Positions 26,131 through 38,234 of a stretch of 64,000 nucleotides of DNA are shown one piece after another (position 1 is the stretch's first letter; the number at the start of each line of letters is the position of its first letter). This DNA comes from Utricularia gibba (taxonomy: Eukaryota > Plantae > Magnoliophyta): assembly GCA_002189035.1 (NCBI GenBank), contig NEEC01000017.1:248001-312000 (forward strand). Direction: 5' to 3'. The notes under the pieces are model-generated. The model made no database searches and had not been told where the DNA came from. It was given only the letters and a program-made list of their open reading frames with translations. The position numbers and the translations under genes were made by a program.

Positions 26131-29100
26131 TAGCATCTTTTGTGATTTCTGGAAATGCTGACGTGGCTTTCCAGAAATCACTATTATTTTTACGGAAATG
26201 ATTAATTTGAGGAAACTCCACATTGTGGAAACCGGAAGCAAGAAGTTGCGTTTCCTGTGGAAAAGAGACTTTAAAACCTTGAATATGTGCCCTAATTTAC
26301 TTCATCTAAAGTCGTTAGACACTCTATTTCTTTAGCATCTCTTTGCTACTCTCTTCAATTGACCTCCAAGTACATTGAATCTCTTTCTAGCATAATAGCA
26401 GTCCATAGCATGACTAGAATAGCATGAACATCATCCATTTGCATAGGTTGATCCACCCAGTCTGGTATTAATAAACATGCTGGACAATTATGGCTTCGTA
26501 TGTGTTGGGTTCAATAAGTTGTTTTTTTAAATAATCGATAATGTTGTTAGTGACTTGCATTTTTTGAGATGCACGATCCTGAGCTCTTAATTGGTGCTTT
26601 GCAACGTTGTCTTAGATAACAAATACGTGGATGACAAATGTTATAACTTCTGGAATTTACTTCCACATGCAAAACACCATTCTTATTCTTTCCTGCGGGG
26701 CAGTGACCCCCTGTTTTTTCTATGATTTTTGTTGATTTCTGTTGTTTTTTATGAATTTTATTGTTTTTATGAATTTTTCTGTTTTCTATATATATGTGTT
26801 GGTTTTACCATTTTCTAAAAAACATGAATGTACTTAGTTAAGTTTTCACTCTATTCACCAATAAATGTTTTGATTACTTTTGGAAGATGGTTTACTAGTT
26901 GGATTGGTGTCAACATGTGGAGGCATCATTGCTTTTTTTTTTTTTTGTCTAGTTCAATTTGTTGGATATCAAAATATTTATAATTCTAAGATAGTATGTA
27001 GTTGGATAATTATTTAGTATTTGTTCTACTTTATTCTTGTTTTTATATTCTATATATTCATTATGTTTTAGTTGAATTCTTTTGTTATAGAATGGATACT
27101 AGAAGATTACAATCTCATTGATGGTGTGATGAATATAAATTGATATTTGTTTCAACTCGGATAAATGTTAGTAAGTATTCAATAAATGGAACTTCACAAA
27201 AAGGAAATAGCTTTTTGAAGAATGTTTTTTATTACTATCATGAAGCTCCACATGTCATTCCCCGAAGCATGGATATAATAAGGCACAAATGGGATACTCT
27301 AAGTCATAATTGTAGCAAATTCGGAGGTTGTATGGATAGAGTAATGTTGAGAGGATAAAGCCGTTACAATGAATATGATTTCAAACTTCAAGCTTTAGAG
27401 TTATTCAAGAGTGAAGAAAAGAAAGATTTTGTTGATATTAAGTGTTGGGAAGTTTTGCGTTTTGAGCCAAAATGGATGTCGGTTTGTATACTTTTATTAT
27501 TTTGCTGATATCAAATTCCATCATTTATAAGTATGTGTTTTTTTTTTTTTGCAAGGTAACAAATCATGCCATTGGAAAAGGTTTGGAGGAGAGCTTGAAA
27601 ATGGGATCTAATGAGCAACTTACTGCACCTTTGCAATCGTCTCTAACTATTGAAAAAGAAGAGAGGCCTATAGGACAAAAGGATGCGAAGCATAAATCAC
27701 AAGAAACAATTGATGGATTTTACTAGTGCTACTAATGAGAAATCATTTGAAGAATATAAGGATGTTGTCAACAACTTACATCATGAGCTTCAGAAAAAAA
27801 ATGAGTTGATGGAGATCTACAATCAATTATATTTTACCGATCTCTGATTGAACATGTCTTAGAATGATGTAAGTAAAATAGTCCTGAACAAAAAGAAATG
27901 TATGAAATGACATTTCATGGTCTTGCAAAGGTTAAGAGTGTAACTATAGCTCATGGCACTTCGAAGGACAAAGAAGAGAATGCATGTGTTAATCTCTCTG
28001 ATTCGGATTGAACTTTGAAGTGTATGATGATCTTTTGAATTTGGAATGATTTGTCTTTTAATTATGTTTTTTTTTACTTTTAAATTTATGTATTACTCGA
28101 CTTTATTGATATTTGAATTCAATTCGATCTACTTATATTATTTTATTTTTATAAATATTAGATTTTATTTAAATTATACAAGTGCAAATAATATTATTAG
28201 GTGAATAACTGCACTATTTAAACTCATTTGTTATTGGAAAACAAAACATTGGATAAGACAGCAATGCGGTGCTACTGTGTGCATAATGTACCGCAGGCAT
28301 TTAGAAGCACCGGATTTTATGACTAGCGGTGTTTGATAAAAGGGAGTAGTGGTGTTCTACCAGTTATCCCCTACTAATATGGGGCAACTTCAAGCTCATA
28401 TGCTTCAAAAATTTGGAAGCACTAGACAACGCAATATACGGTGCTGGTAAGTTGTAATGTGTTATAGGCCTTTAGAAGCACCTCGTCCCAAGATTGTTGC
28501 AAGTAGTAGTGGAATGTTTACTTGCTTGGGGGAATTTCGGTGCTTTCCAAGCATGCTTGCTAGTGCGGATTGTATGCATTGGGAATGAAAAAAATTGTCC
28601 AACTGCATGATAGTGTCAATTTAAACGTGGTGATCATCGTAAACCGTCACTTATGTGGATTTGGCATGCTTTTTTTGGAAGGTCCGGTGTGAATAATGAT
28701 CTCAATGTTTTATGGCATTCTCCATTACTAAATGAGTTGCATAATGGTGTTGCCCCTCGAGTGCAATTCACAGTAAATGGTGCTACTTATGACATATGAT
28801 ATTATTTGGCTGATGGCATTTATCCTAATTGGGCTATTTTCGTGAAATCTATTACACTTCCACAAGGTCAAAAAGCATGTCTTTTTGCTCAATTCTAGGA
28901 GAGTACTCGAAAAGATATAGAACGTACTTTTGGAATATTGCAAAGTCAATTCGGGATACTAAAATCTCTTGCAAGAGCTTGGGATCGAAAAACTTTAGGG
29001 GATATCATGTATGCATGTATTATACTGCATATTATGATTGTTGAAAGTGAAGGGCATTCTACTCCTGAAGATATTGCTGTAGATGAATATGATCGATCGA

Positions 29101-29442
29101 TGATGGTCCAACCCCCGAAAACTTACAAAGATGATGGATTGAATATGCAAAATTATCCAGGTCGAGTGGAGCATTCTCGTGATAGTAGTATCCATTGTCA
29201 CCTGAAAAAGGATTTGATCGAGCATATTTGGACAAATTTCAATTGATGTATTCTATGATTGGTAGTTGTTCAACTAATTTCGTGTTATGTTTTGTATTGA
29301 AAATATTTTAATATTTTGAAATTTATGTTTTAAATTATAAACAATATTTTTGGAAATTGATAAAGTGAATTAGGAAACTTCATAAAGGAGACTCAATAAA
29401 CGAAAGCCACGTCAACTTTTCTAGAAATCACTAAAGATGCTA
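26131..29442 (+). mobile_element. PIF/Harbinger DNA transposon (3312 bp), ~42-bp TIRs, TSD TTA; Myb-like ORF (~27100-27990) and DDE transposase (~28230-29246), both degenerate
   Basis: TAGCATCTTTTGTGATTTCTGGAAATGCTGACGTGGCTTTC is the inverted counterpart of 29402-29442; TTA at 26128-30 and 29443-45. Transposase motifs 'ADCMHWE', 'WIWHAFFG...NNDLNVL', 'YYLADGIYPNWAIFVKSI', 'RKDIERTFGILQSQF'. Confidence 0.92.
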
Positions 29443-31515
29443 TTAGGCTATGCAAGCACCTCCAAACTTGAATCCATGTCAAAGATTTGGTTATCCACTC
29501 AACTACAATGTAGGCTTGCAAGGGATGAAACAAGTTATATATCCTTAGAAGACCAACTTTAGGGCCAAAGCACACCTTGAGCTAGTTCACATTGATGTAT
29601 GGGGTCTCATGAGTGTTGCATCTCTTGGCGATTTTAGGCATTTTCTCAGTTTAATTGATGATAAGTCGAGGTATTATTGGGTCTCCATCATGAGATATAA
29701 GTCTCAGACACTTGAATGCTATGTGAAATTCTAAGCAACTACTAAGAGAAGCTCCAAAAGCAAGTTGAAATGTCTTTGAACAGACAATGAAGGAGAGTTT
29801 ACCTCCACAAAGTTCAAGCATGAACTAAACCAAGAAGGAATAAAGCACCATAGTATGGTTGCATAGTCTTCCTCACAGAAGGGTGTTGTAGAAAGGAGAA
29901 ATGAAGTTATTATAGCTATGGCGTGGTGCTGTTTACTAGACAAGAAATCGTCAAAGCAATTTTCGAGTAAAGTTGTAGCCATTGCACATTACATTAAAAA
30001 CAAACTACTAACAACAAGTCTACAAGGGCAGACACCTTATCAAGCATGGTATGGAAGAAGACCAAGGGTTGGACAATTAAAAATATTCAGATATGTAGCC
30101 AACACTTTTGTTCCAATTGAAGTCAGATCAAAATTAGACAGTCGGTCTCTGATTTAAATTTTAATTGGATAATTAGAGGAAACAAAAGTATATTAAGTGT
30201 ACAATCCACAAAAGAGAAGGTTCAGTGTGGCAAGAAACCTATGGGTGGATGAGGATGATGCATGGGGTTGGAACTATAACATGCAAGCACATCATGTAAT
30301 AAGTTCATCTCCCAAAGCTAACATCTACCTTGTAGCCGATTTTCATCTTGATGATTTAGATGAAGATGCGTATCTAGAAGTAGCTCTACAAACCAAGAAA
30401 GGCGCGGTTTTAAATTATCAATCAAACAATGATCAACTACAAGGAAATTTGTCATCAGCCTCTTGTGATAGAGGCTCTCCCAAGACTAGGTCCCTTGTTG
30501 AGATCTATACTAAGACAACTCCATCTCAATCTGGGACATTGCTACAAAGAACAAGTTCAGTGTCTAATATTCATGAGTGTGTAAATGTGGCTATAGTATG
30601 AAAAACCCTGAAGAATAGAGAATTGCAAATCAGCCTTTTTTGAATAGAGAATCGCAAAAGAAAATTTATTGCAAGCAGCCCCCTTGTTTTGAAATACCTG
30701 GAAACAAGGTATGTCTACTTCACAAAGCACTCAAACAAGCTCCTCATGCCTACTATGAAAAACTAGAGCATGCCTTGCTAGAGTTCGGTTTCATGAAGAA
30801 TAAAATGAAACATCTTTATTTGTTTTGCACCAAGGTACTATGTATATATTATATTGATCCTTATTATATATGTGGATGATATAATGATTATAGAGAGCAA
30901 CTTGCCATAAATTTACAGATTCAAGGAGTTTTTGAAATCTAAGTTCAAGATGATAGATTTGGGTTTAATGTATCAGTTTATGCACATGAAAATTAATCAA
31001 ATCTAAGGGGGATTTTCTTATCCCAAGTCAAGTTTCCTACGAATGTGTTAAGAAAATTTGGATACTCTAACTATTTCCTTGTTAATGCTCCTATCTGCCA
31101 AAATTACAAAGCAATGGTAATTGAATCAAGAAAAGCCTAGATGTTACTTTATATAGGTTTATGGTATGGTATGGTCTGTCCTGTTCTCAAACAATACACA
31201 TCCTGACATTATGTTTGGGAAAAGAAAACTTAGGTACATTGCAAGAACAATGAACTACAAGATGTAATATGACATAAATAACAAAGCGCTCCATGGTTTT
31301 CTGGATTCAAACTTAGCAAGAGAAAAAGGCTTCAAGAATACATTAAAATATTTTTTCAAGTGCACCTCAATAGACGTAAGTTGGTATTCAGAGAAACAAT
31401 CAGAGGTTGCTCAATGAACACTTGAAGCTGAATACATAAGTGCTGCTCTTAATGGAAATCAAGCAATGTGGATGAGAAAAATGCTGATTGATCTTGGCAG
31501 AGAAGACTAAGCAGC

Positions 31516-34500
31516 TATTGGGAAGTGATGAGAAAATTCTGAAAAATCTAGTGCTATTGATGAAGAAGAAGAGAAAACCTAAAAACAATACGTGGGTTGA
31601 AGAAGAGGAACCAAATGTGGATTATCAACTATGAGACATTTAAACATGATTTAGACTTGAAGTAAGGTCAGTATGAAGAAAAGGCTCAAAAGCAAAAGTC
31701 CAATCCCAATCAAGACAACCAGTCTAAAGCCCACAACTTCAAACTGCATCGGACACATAACTGTTATCGCCTTTTTTCATAAATAGGAGAAAATACGCAG
31801 ATTAAATAAGGCTGTTCTTTATAAAAAAAAATTCATCTTTGCTTCAATTTTTCTTAAGGTTAGTTTACATTGTACATTTTTCTAACCTCTACAAGGAACC
31901 TTTGTAGTTCATGGCTTTATTCGATAGGAAACACTATACTAGATGGGATGCTAAGATAACCAATTATTTGAAAACCTGAAATTATGGAAAGCGTTTCCAG
32001 AGTCACCAACCTTCACTGATCCAAACACCATTGCAGTTACAAAATGGGAGGACAAACAACTTTTAGCTAGAAGTGTAATTGATGCAGCTATTAATGGTGA
32101 AGCTTATGATCATATTATCTTTTACAAAACACCAAGGAAGCATGGGAAATACTAACTGAAGAGTTATCTATTACTGAAGACAAGAAGGAAAAGAAGTCAC
32201 AAATCTATGGAGGATGATTGATAATCTGAAACTTCAACCAGGGAGCTCAATCTTCACCTTCTCAAATACTCTATTACTTGCAGTTAAAAACTCAAAGGAT
32301 TAGGTTAATCCATTGACATCAGGCAAGTCAAAGACAAAATTGTCAGTGTACTTCCTAGATCCTATGCCTTTGCAGTAACTACTATTGAATCTACAAGGGG
32401 ACTCAAGAAGCTAATAGCGGCTCAATTTATTGAGACACTAGAGGTTGCTGAAAATTGTGAGAAAAAGTACTAAGAAGTTAAAGCTACATAAGGAGCTTTC
32501 AAGGCAACTTTCAATGCGCCAATTGAAAAGGAAAGGAATGGAGGATATCCCGCTTATCCATATTCAAGCAAAAAAAAATTTCCCATCATATTGCTTCTAA
32601 CACCCATAAAATATTTGTGATTATTGTCAAGAGAAAGGACATGTCCAAAGACTGTGCAAAGTTAGGAAAAATGATGAACAAAATAGAACAATGAAGAAAA
32701 CCACTAAAGATCTTGATGAAACCCAAAAGACTTTTTTTGTTGTATCACTTTCTACTTTCTTAAATGGAAAAGAAGTTCTTGATCTTTAATTCCTCCAAAA
32801 AGACATCAATTTAGTAACCGCAAGTGCTAATGGACAACTCGAGAGAAAGGATTGGTGATTCATGTCTCCAACCAGAGCTACTACATATCTATTGCAGCAT
32901 GAAAACATATCCTACATATAAACATGGAAAACAATGTATCATGTTAAACCATTGAAGCTTGTCCTAGATAAAGGCCAATGCTTACTAATACATCAATCAG
33001 TAATAGGTATTTTCTCATTTTTTGTAGATGATTATATAAACATTGTTGGCTGTATTTTCTTACCAACAAGTTTGTGTTAGTGTATGTGTTCTAAAGACAA
33101 TCAAATCATTGTCAAATCTTATCTTATGATATTTACTTTGAATTGTGATCAAATTTATATCATTGATAAAATCCTCTACTTGATCTATGTGCTATAGAAA
33201 TTATAATGAGATCATAATGTGAGATTCTTCAAGCATTTATGTTCAAGTTAAAAACTCCCTGGTTAGAGTGTTTGTGAAATGAGGATATCACAAATACGGA
33301 TAAGCTGGCACACATTGAGTTCCCTAAACTGTTTAGGCAATGGTTCTCACAATTGACGTAATGAGATTACTAGAACCTATGTGTGGATGTCGATTAGAGA
33401 ATCGATTCACTGGATGACTCATCTTCGAGATACTACAATGGGAAGCTAACCAAGTGTCAGTAGCAAGATCTCGAATATGACAGCCGTGCAATTAAGCTTA
33501 GACTTGAGGTCAACAAAGTTATCTTGATGTTAAGCTCACATTTTCGCTCATTACTAATGGGAGCCTAACCATGGCTTGCCTAGTATGGATGAGTAGGGAT
33601 GTGACTCCTTAAGGTTGGAGATAGTTGATTGATCAATAAAGGATTCATCACTCATGTTAGCAATGAGATCATATCTCTAGTAATTGCATCAAAGCCTAAC
33701 AGTAAGTCCTGGGCCCAGGGTAATGATACTCAAATTGTTTGAGTAGGTCATTGAGTGTTAGTGCTTGAATGCAATTATAAGTTCGATACATCAGAAAGAC
33801 ACACACCCTTGTTCTGGTACCGAATGAGATATAAGTATGATGAAAACTGTTCATTGTATGGTGGTTGGTCATGGAAAGGCTCAATCAATTCACCTGATTA
33901 TTCTTTAATCTTGGGGATCATGATATGTTGGTAGACATCACTCATGATCGATAATGATGGATTTGATTAATTAAGAGTTAATTAATAAATCCATTATTAC
34001 GGTCTTGATTGAAGAAGCCTATAGGGTCACACACAATAGTGGAGTCACTCAACGATATAAAATAGAATGACACAATTACATGAGATGTAATTGGTAAAGT
34101 GGATAAATTAAATTGAGAGTTATTTTGAGATTAATATTGATTAAACTCAAAATAAAAGATCATATATAGATAAGATTTGGAACATATACATATCTCCACA
34201 AGATAAGATCTTTACGGAGATATGATTTGATATGTTACCATATATCTATCAAAAGATTTAGATCTTGAGATCTGCTCCAAGGGTCTTCGTGCTCTTTGAG
34301 ACTAATCCACAAGGAGGCGTTTTTCTCTACTAGCACCTGAGGAATTCGACCAGCATTCAAGAGCCTTGAGAAGGTTATCGACGGAGTGCTCCACGTGTGG
34401 ATACCATAGAGGCCGTCTCCTATTGGCGGTTGGTGAACAACGGAGTCATCTGAAAGGTATTTCAGCATCCCTTAGTCTGATGTATACCGTATTCCAAGAT

Positions 34501-37500
34501 CTGCGTTGAGGGTTTCTCAACCTTTAAAATTCCCCTGCTTTTGAGACATACGATGTCTACGAGAAACCCAACAGTTTGAAGTTCTGATCTATTTCAAGAA
34601 ATTGAAGGCATTGATGACAAATCAAAGTAAAGAAAAAAAATTATGCATATGAGGATAGACAATGATGGGGAGTACACATCTTATGAATTAGATGAAATCT
34701 TTACTCAAAAGGAATAATTCACCACTATACAACACAAAAATGGCATAAGTGAGGAAAAATCGAACAATCATGGAAATGGCTAGATGTATGTTTTTTGAAA
34801 AAGAAATTCCTTTTAAATATTGAGCAAAGATAATTAATTCATTTGTATTTTTGCAAAACAAATTGATCACCAAAGGAACTACTCAATGTAAGGCACCCTA
34901 TGAACTTTGGCATGGGAGGAAACCTCATCTGGAGAATCTATGTATTTTTGGTAGTGTGTGCTATGCTCACATACCAAAATAAAGGAGGAAGAAACAAGAT
35001 AAGAAAGCATCAATTGGGATCTTTATGAGATATTGTGAAACAATTAAAGGGTATTAGGTACTAGATGTAAGTACCTTTTGAATTATGACCAATCAAGGTA
35101 TTGTCTTTGATGAAACCAAGAAATGAGATTGGAATGAAGCCATGAAAGAAGATAGTGGAATCTCTGTACAGTATGCAAAGCAATCATTAAATTTCTTTCC
35201 ATCCTTAGAAAGTATTTCAAAGGAAGGTCAGAAACAACTAACAATGGAAATCACATTTGATGTATTAGAAACTTCACTTGACATTGTGAATACACAAATA
35301 GGAGAAGAGACTGCAACTCTTTTAAAAGAAGCAAGAAACCATGATAAAATAAATGGTAAAGAGGATGAAATTGCAAATACTTGAAGAAATCCCTCTATAA
35401 ATGAAGTCAAGTCAGAACATGAACTTAGTAAGGAAAGCTATGAGGAAATGGTTGTGGTTTTCAATAATGAAGAACAATCTTCAATCATAGCCAAAAGACA
35501 TGCTCAATGTTGTGATCAAAAGATTGTTGGTGAAACTAAAATTCTAGTCAAAAGGAAAGCCACTGATGAATTAAGAGTCATACGATTGAAGATAGTATTC
35601 TACCTTTTCATATAATTATGTCAATTAATGAAGAACCTGATAGTGAATACAGCCCTAGGAATCTCATGCAGGAAATTGGATTAGCAAGTGAAAATACGGT
35701 GGATAATAACAAAAGTGATGATGAAGGAAGAAGAGACATAGGAATAAAGCAATTTCTCAATGAAACTAAGAATTGTAGCAACTCAGAAAAGGATGGGAGT
35801 GAGGACTCAGGAAATATACTTTGGCATAGTACCTTCTATGACCCTGCACATAGGCCTCAAGTTCAAAAATACAAAAATCTCAGTGATATGAAAGATAAAA
35901 TTATGTTGGTACTGAAACTTGAAACCATGGCTAAAGCCTTGGAATATCCGTGTTGGAAGAATGCAATGGCCGTTGGAATAGAAACGATAAAAAAATGGCA
36001 CTTGGACCTTAGTTTCTAGAACTACAAATAAAAAAATAATACGTGTAAAAGTGAGTATTTCAAGTCAAACTGAATTCATATGAAACAATCAACAAATCAA
36101 AGTCAAAACTTGTTTCCAAAGAGCACATGGAAAAAGAATGAATTTATTATATTGAAACCTTTGCACCTATTGCAAGATTGGATACAATAAAACTTCTTTT
36201 AGCCATGTCAGTAAGTCAAAACTGGAAGGTTTATCATCTGGATGTGAAATCTGCATTTTTAAATGGCACATTGAATGAAGAAATATATGTCTACCAACGA
36301 CAAGACTTTGTTAAAGAAGGAGAAGAAGATAAAGTTATGTTGTTGCATAAAGCTTTCTACGCTTTAAAGAAGGCACCTCGAGAGTGCTATAGAAAAATTG
36401 ACAATCATTTTGTGAAACATGGTTTTTTAGCAAAAATGACCTCAAGCTATACATTTTAACTACTCAAATTGAAGACAAGGTAATAGTGAGTCTTTATGTT
36501 GATGACATTCTAATAAAAGGAAGAAGTGAAGAATTTTGTAATGGAACAAAAGAAACTTTTGATGGATACCTTTGAAATGAGCAATCTAGGGGAAATGAAT
36601 TACTTTCTTGGACTAGAAGTGTCAAACATCAAAAGAAATTTTCTTAGGGCAAGAAAAATATGCAAAGGAATTGATAAGAAAATACAAACTAGACAAGAAA
36701 TGATATGCATCGGTACATATCTCACTAGACTCTAAACCAATCAATCTGAATGTAGAAAAATCGGGAATTATCAATGATCCTCATAATCTTGCAAATGAAA
36801 GATTACAAAAGTATTATAGGGTCACTCATATACCTTTTTGTCACATGATCAGATATCTCTTTTGTTGTAGTACTTTTATCATGTTTTATGGCCTAGGCTC
36901 ACCCAAATCATCTTGAGTGTGCAAAGAAAGCACTGAACTATGTTAAAGGCACCTCAAATTTTGGTTTATGCTAGAAAAGACACATTAGCCTTAAGTTGGA
37001 GTGTTTTGTTGTTAGAGATTTTTCCAAAGACAATGATGATTTTAAGTTGACCACTGGCAACATTTTCACACTATGAGGCACATCTTTTGTTTAGAACAGT
37101 AAAAAACATGAAATTGTGGTGCAATCAATTGCTGAAACCAAATATATGGCTGGAGCTTTAGTAGGAAATCATGTCATTTGGATTTTAAAACTTTTTGATG
37201 GCCTGAAAACCCTATGTTGTTCAGACGAAGTATGCATATTAACATTAAATATCATGTGTTGCATGATAATGTGCAGGATAAAGCGATTCGAGTGGAGTAT
37301 GTGAAGGCAAAAGACCAAACCACCGACATTTTGACAAAGCTCCTCTATCCCAAACAATTCTACTATCCAAGGAGCAAATTGGGACTAAAGGAAAAATATC
37401 TCAAACAAGAATGCAAAAGGAATTCGAATTTACCTCATCAAGGTGGAGTGTTGGGAGGTGATAAAAAAATCCTCAACAATCAGGTGCTATTGATGAAGAA

Positions 37501-37864
37501 GAAGAGAAAACTTAAGGATAACACATAGGTTGAAGAAGAGGAACTAAATGTGGATTATCAACCATGAGCCATTTGAACATGATTTAAACTTGAAGAGGCC
37601 ACTATGAGGAATAGGCCCAAGAGCAAAAGTCCAGTCACAATTAAGACAACCAATTCAAAGCCCACAACTTCAAATTACAACGAGCATATAATTATTATAG
37701 CCTTTTGTGTATAAATAGGAGCAAATACAGATTAACTAAGACTATTCTTTATAAAAAAATCATTTTTATTCTAAAAATCCTCAATTTCAGAGGATAATAC
37801 TTCAAGTTCAAAAGTCTCAAAGTTAAGGCTTCAAGTTAGGAAGTTGGAACCTTAAATCCTTTTA
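31516..37864 (+). mobile_element. Inner Ty1/copia element with diverged LTRs (31516-~31835, 3'-truncated; 37449-37864), TSD GCAGC
   Basis: Direct repeats 31516-31835 / 37449-37765 (~80% by eye); GCAGC at 31511-15 and 37865-69; gag plus CCHC knuckle (~31950-32680); integrase (~34600-35130); RT 'VYHLDVKSAFLNGTLNEEIYV' (36178-36459); RNase H 'DQTTDILTK'; PPT before 37449. Confidence 0.88.
33075..34573 (+). mobile_element. Solo LTR B (same family as A, opposite orientation, 1499 bp), TSD GTTTG
   Basis: TGTTAG...CCCAACA termini; GTTTG at 33070-74 and 34574-78. Confidence 0.93.
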
Positions 37865-38234
37865 GCAGCAACCCTTGTGCCTTGTGACTCAAAGAGCACA
37901 GTTGCAATGATAAAGAATCCAATTTTCCATGAAAGAACAAAATATATTTCTGTAAATATCATTGTTTCAAGAAAAGATACATCCAGAAAAACATAGTTTC
38001 TGAATGTATCTTCCCCATCGGCAACCAATGCTTTATGGTTATGAATATGCGAGATCACAATGAAATAAATATGAGCAGCCTAATTGTAATGTATTGGAGC
38101 AATAAAGATCAAACTCAGTTTGAAAGGCCGACAGATAAGTCAAGAGTTAACTAAAGTGCACAGAGTGAGTCATTAGTAATAAATGGAAAAGAGTCAGGCA
38201 AGAGTTTCACTCATACAAAGTAGACGAAGTTGAC

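Larger units (their letters stand above)
24794..37990 (+). mobile_element. Outer Ty1/copia element (degenerate, 3'-truncated) hosting the Harbinger and the inner Copia
   Basis: PBS TGGTATTAGAGC at 24794-24805 (Met-tRNA type, 1 mismatch); gag 'FNGENYAMWLVQMATYLQEMKLW'; GAG-pre-integrase split at 26130/29446; integrase 'ELVHIDVWG...LIDDKSRY' (~29580-29690); RT (~30640-31050); RNase H split at 31515/37870 ('NQAMWMRKMLIDLG' | 'CDSKSTVAMIKNPIFHERTKYI'). Confidence 0.85.
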
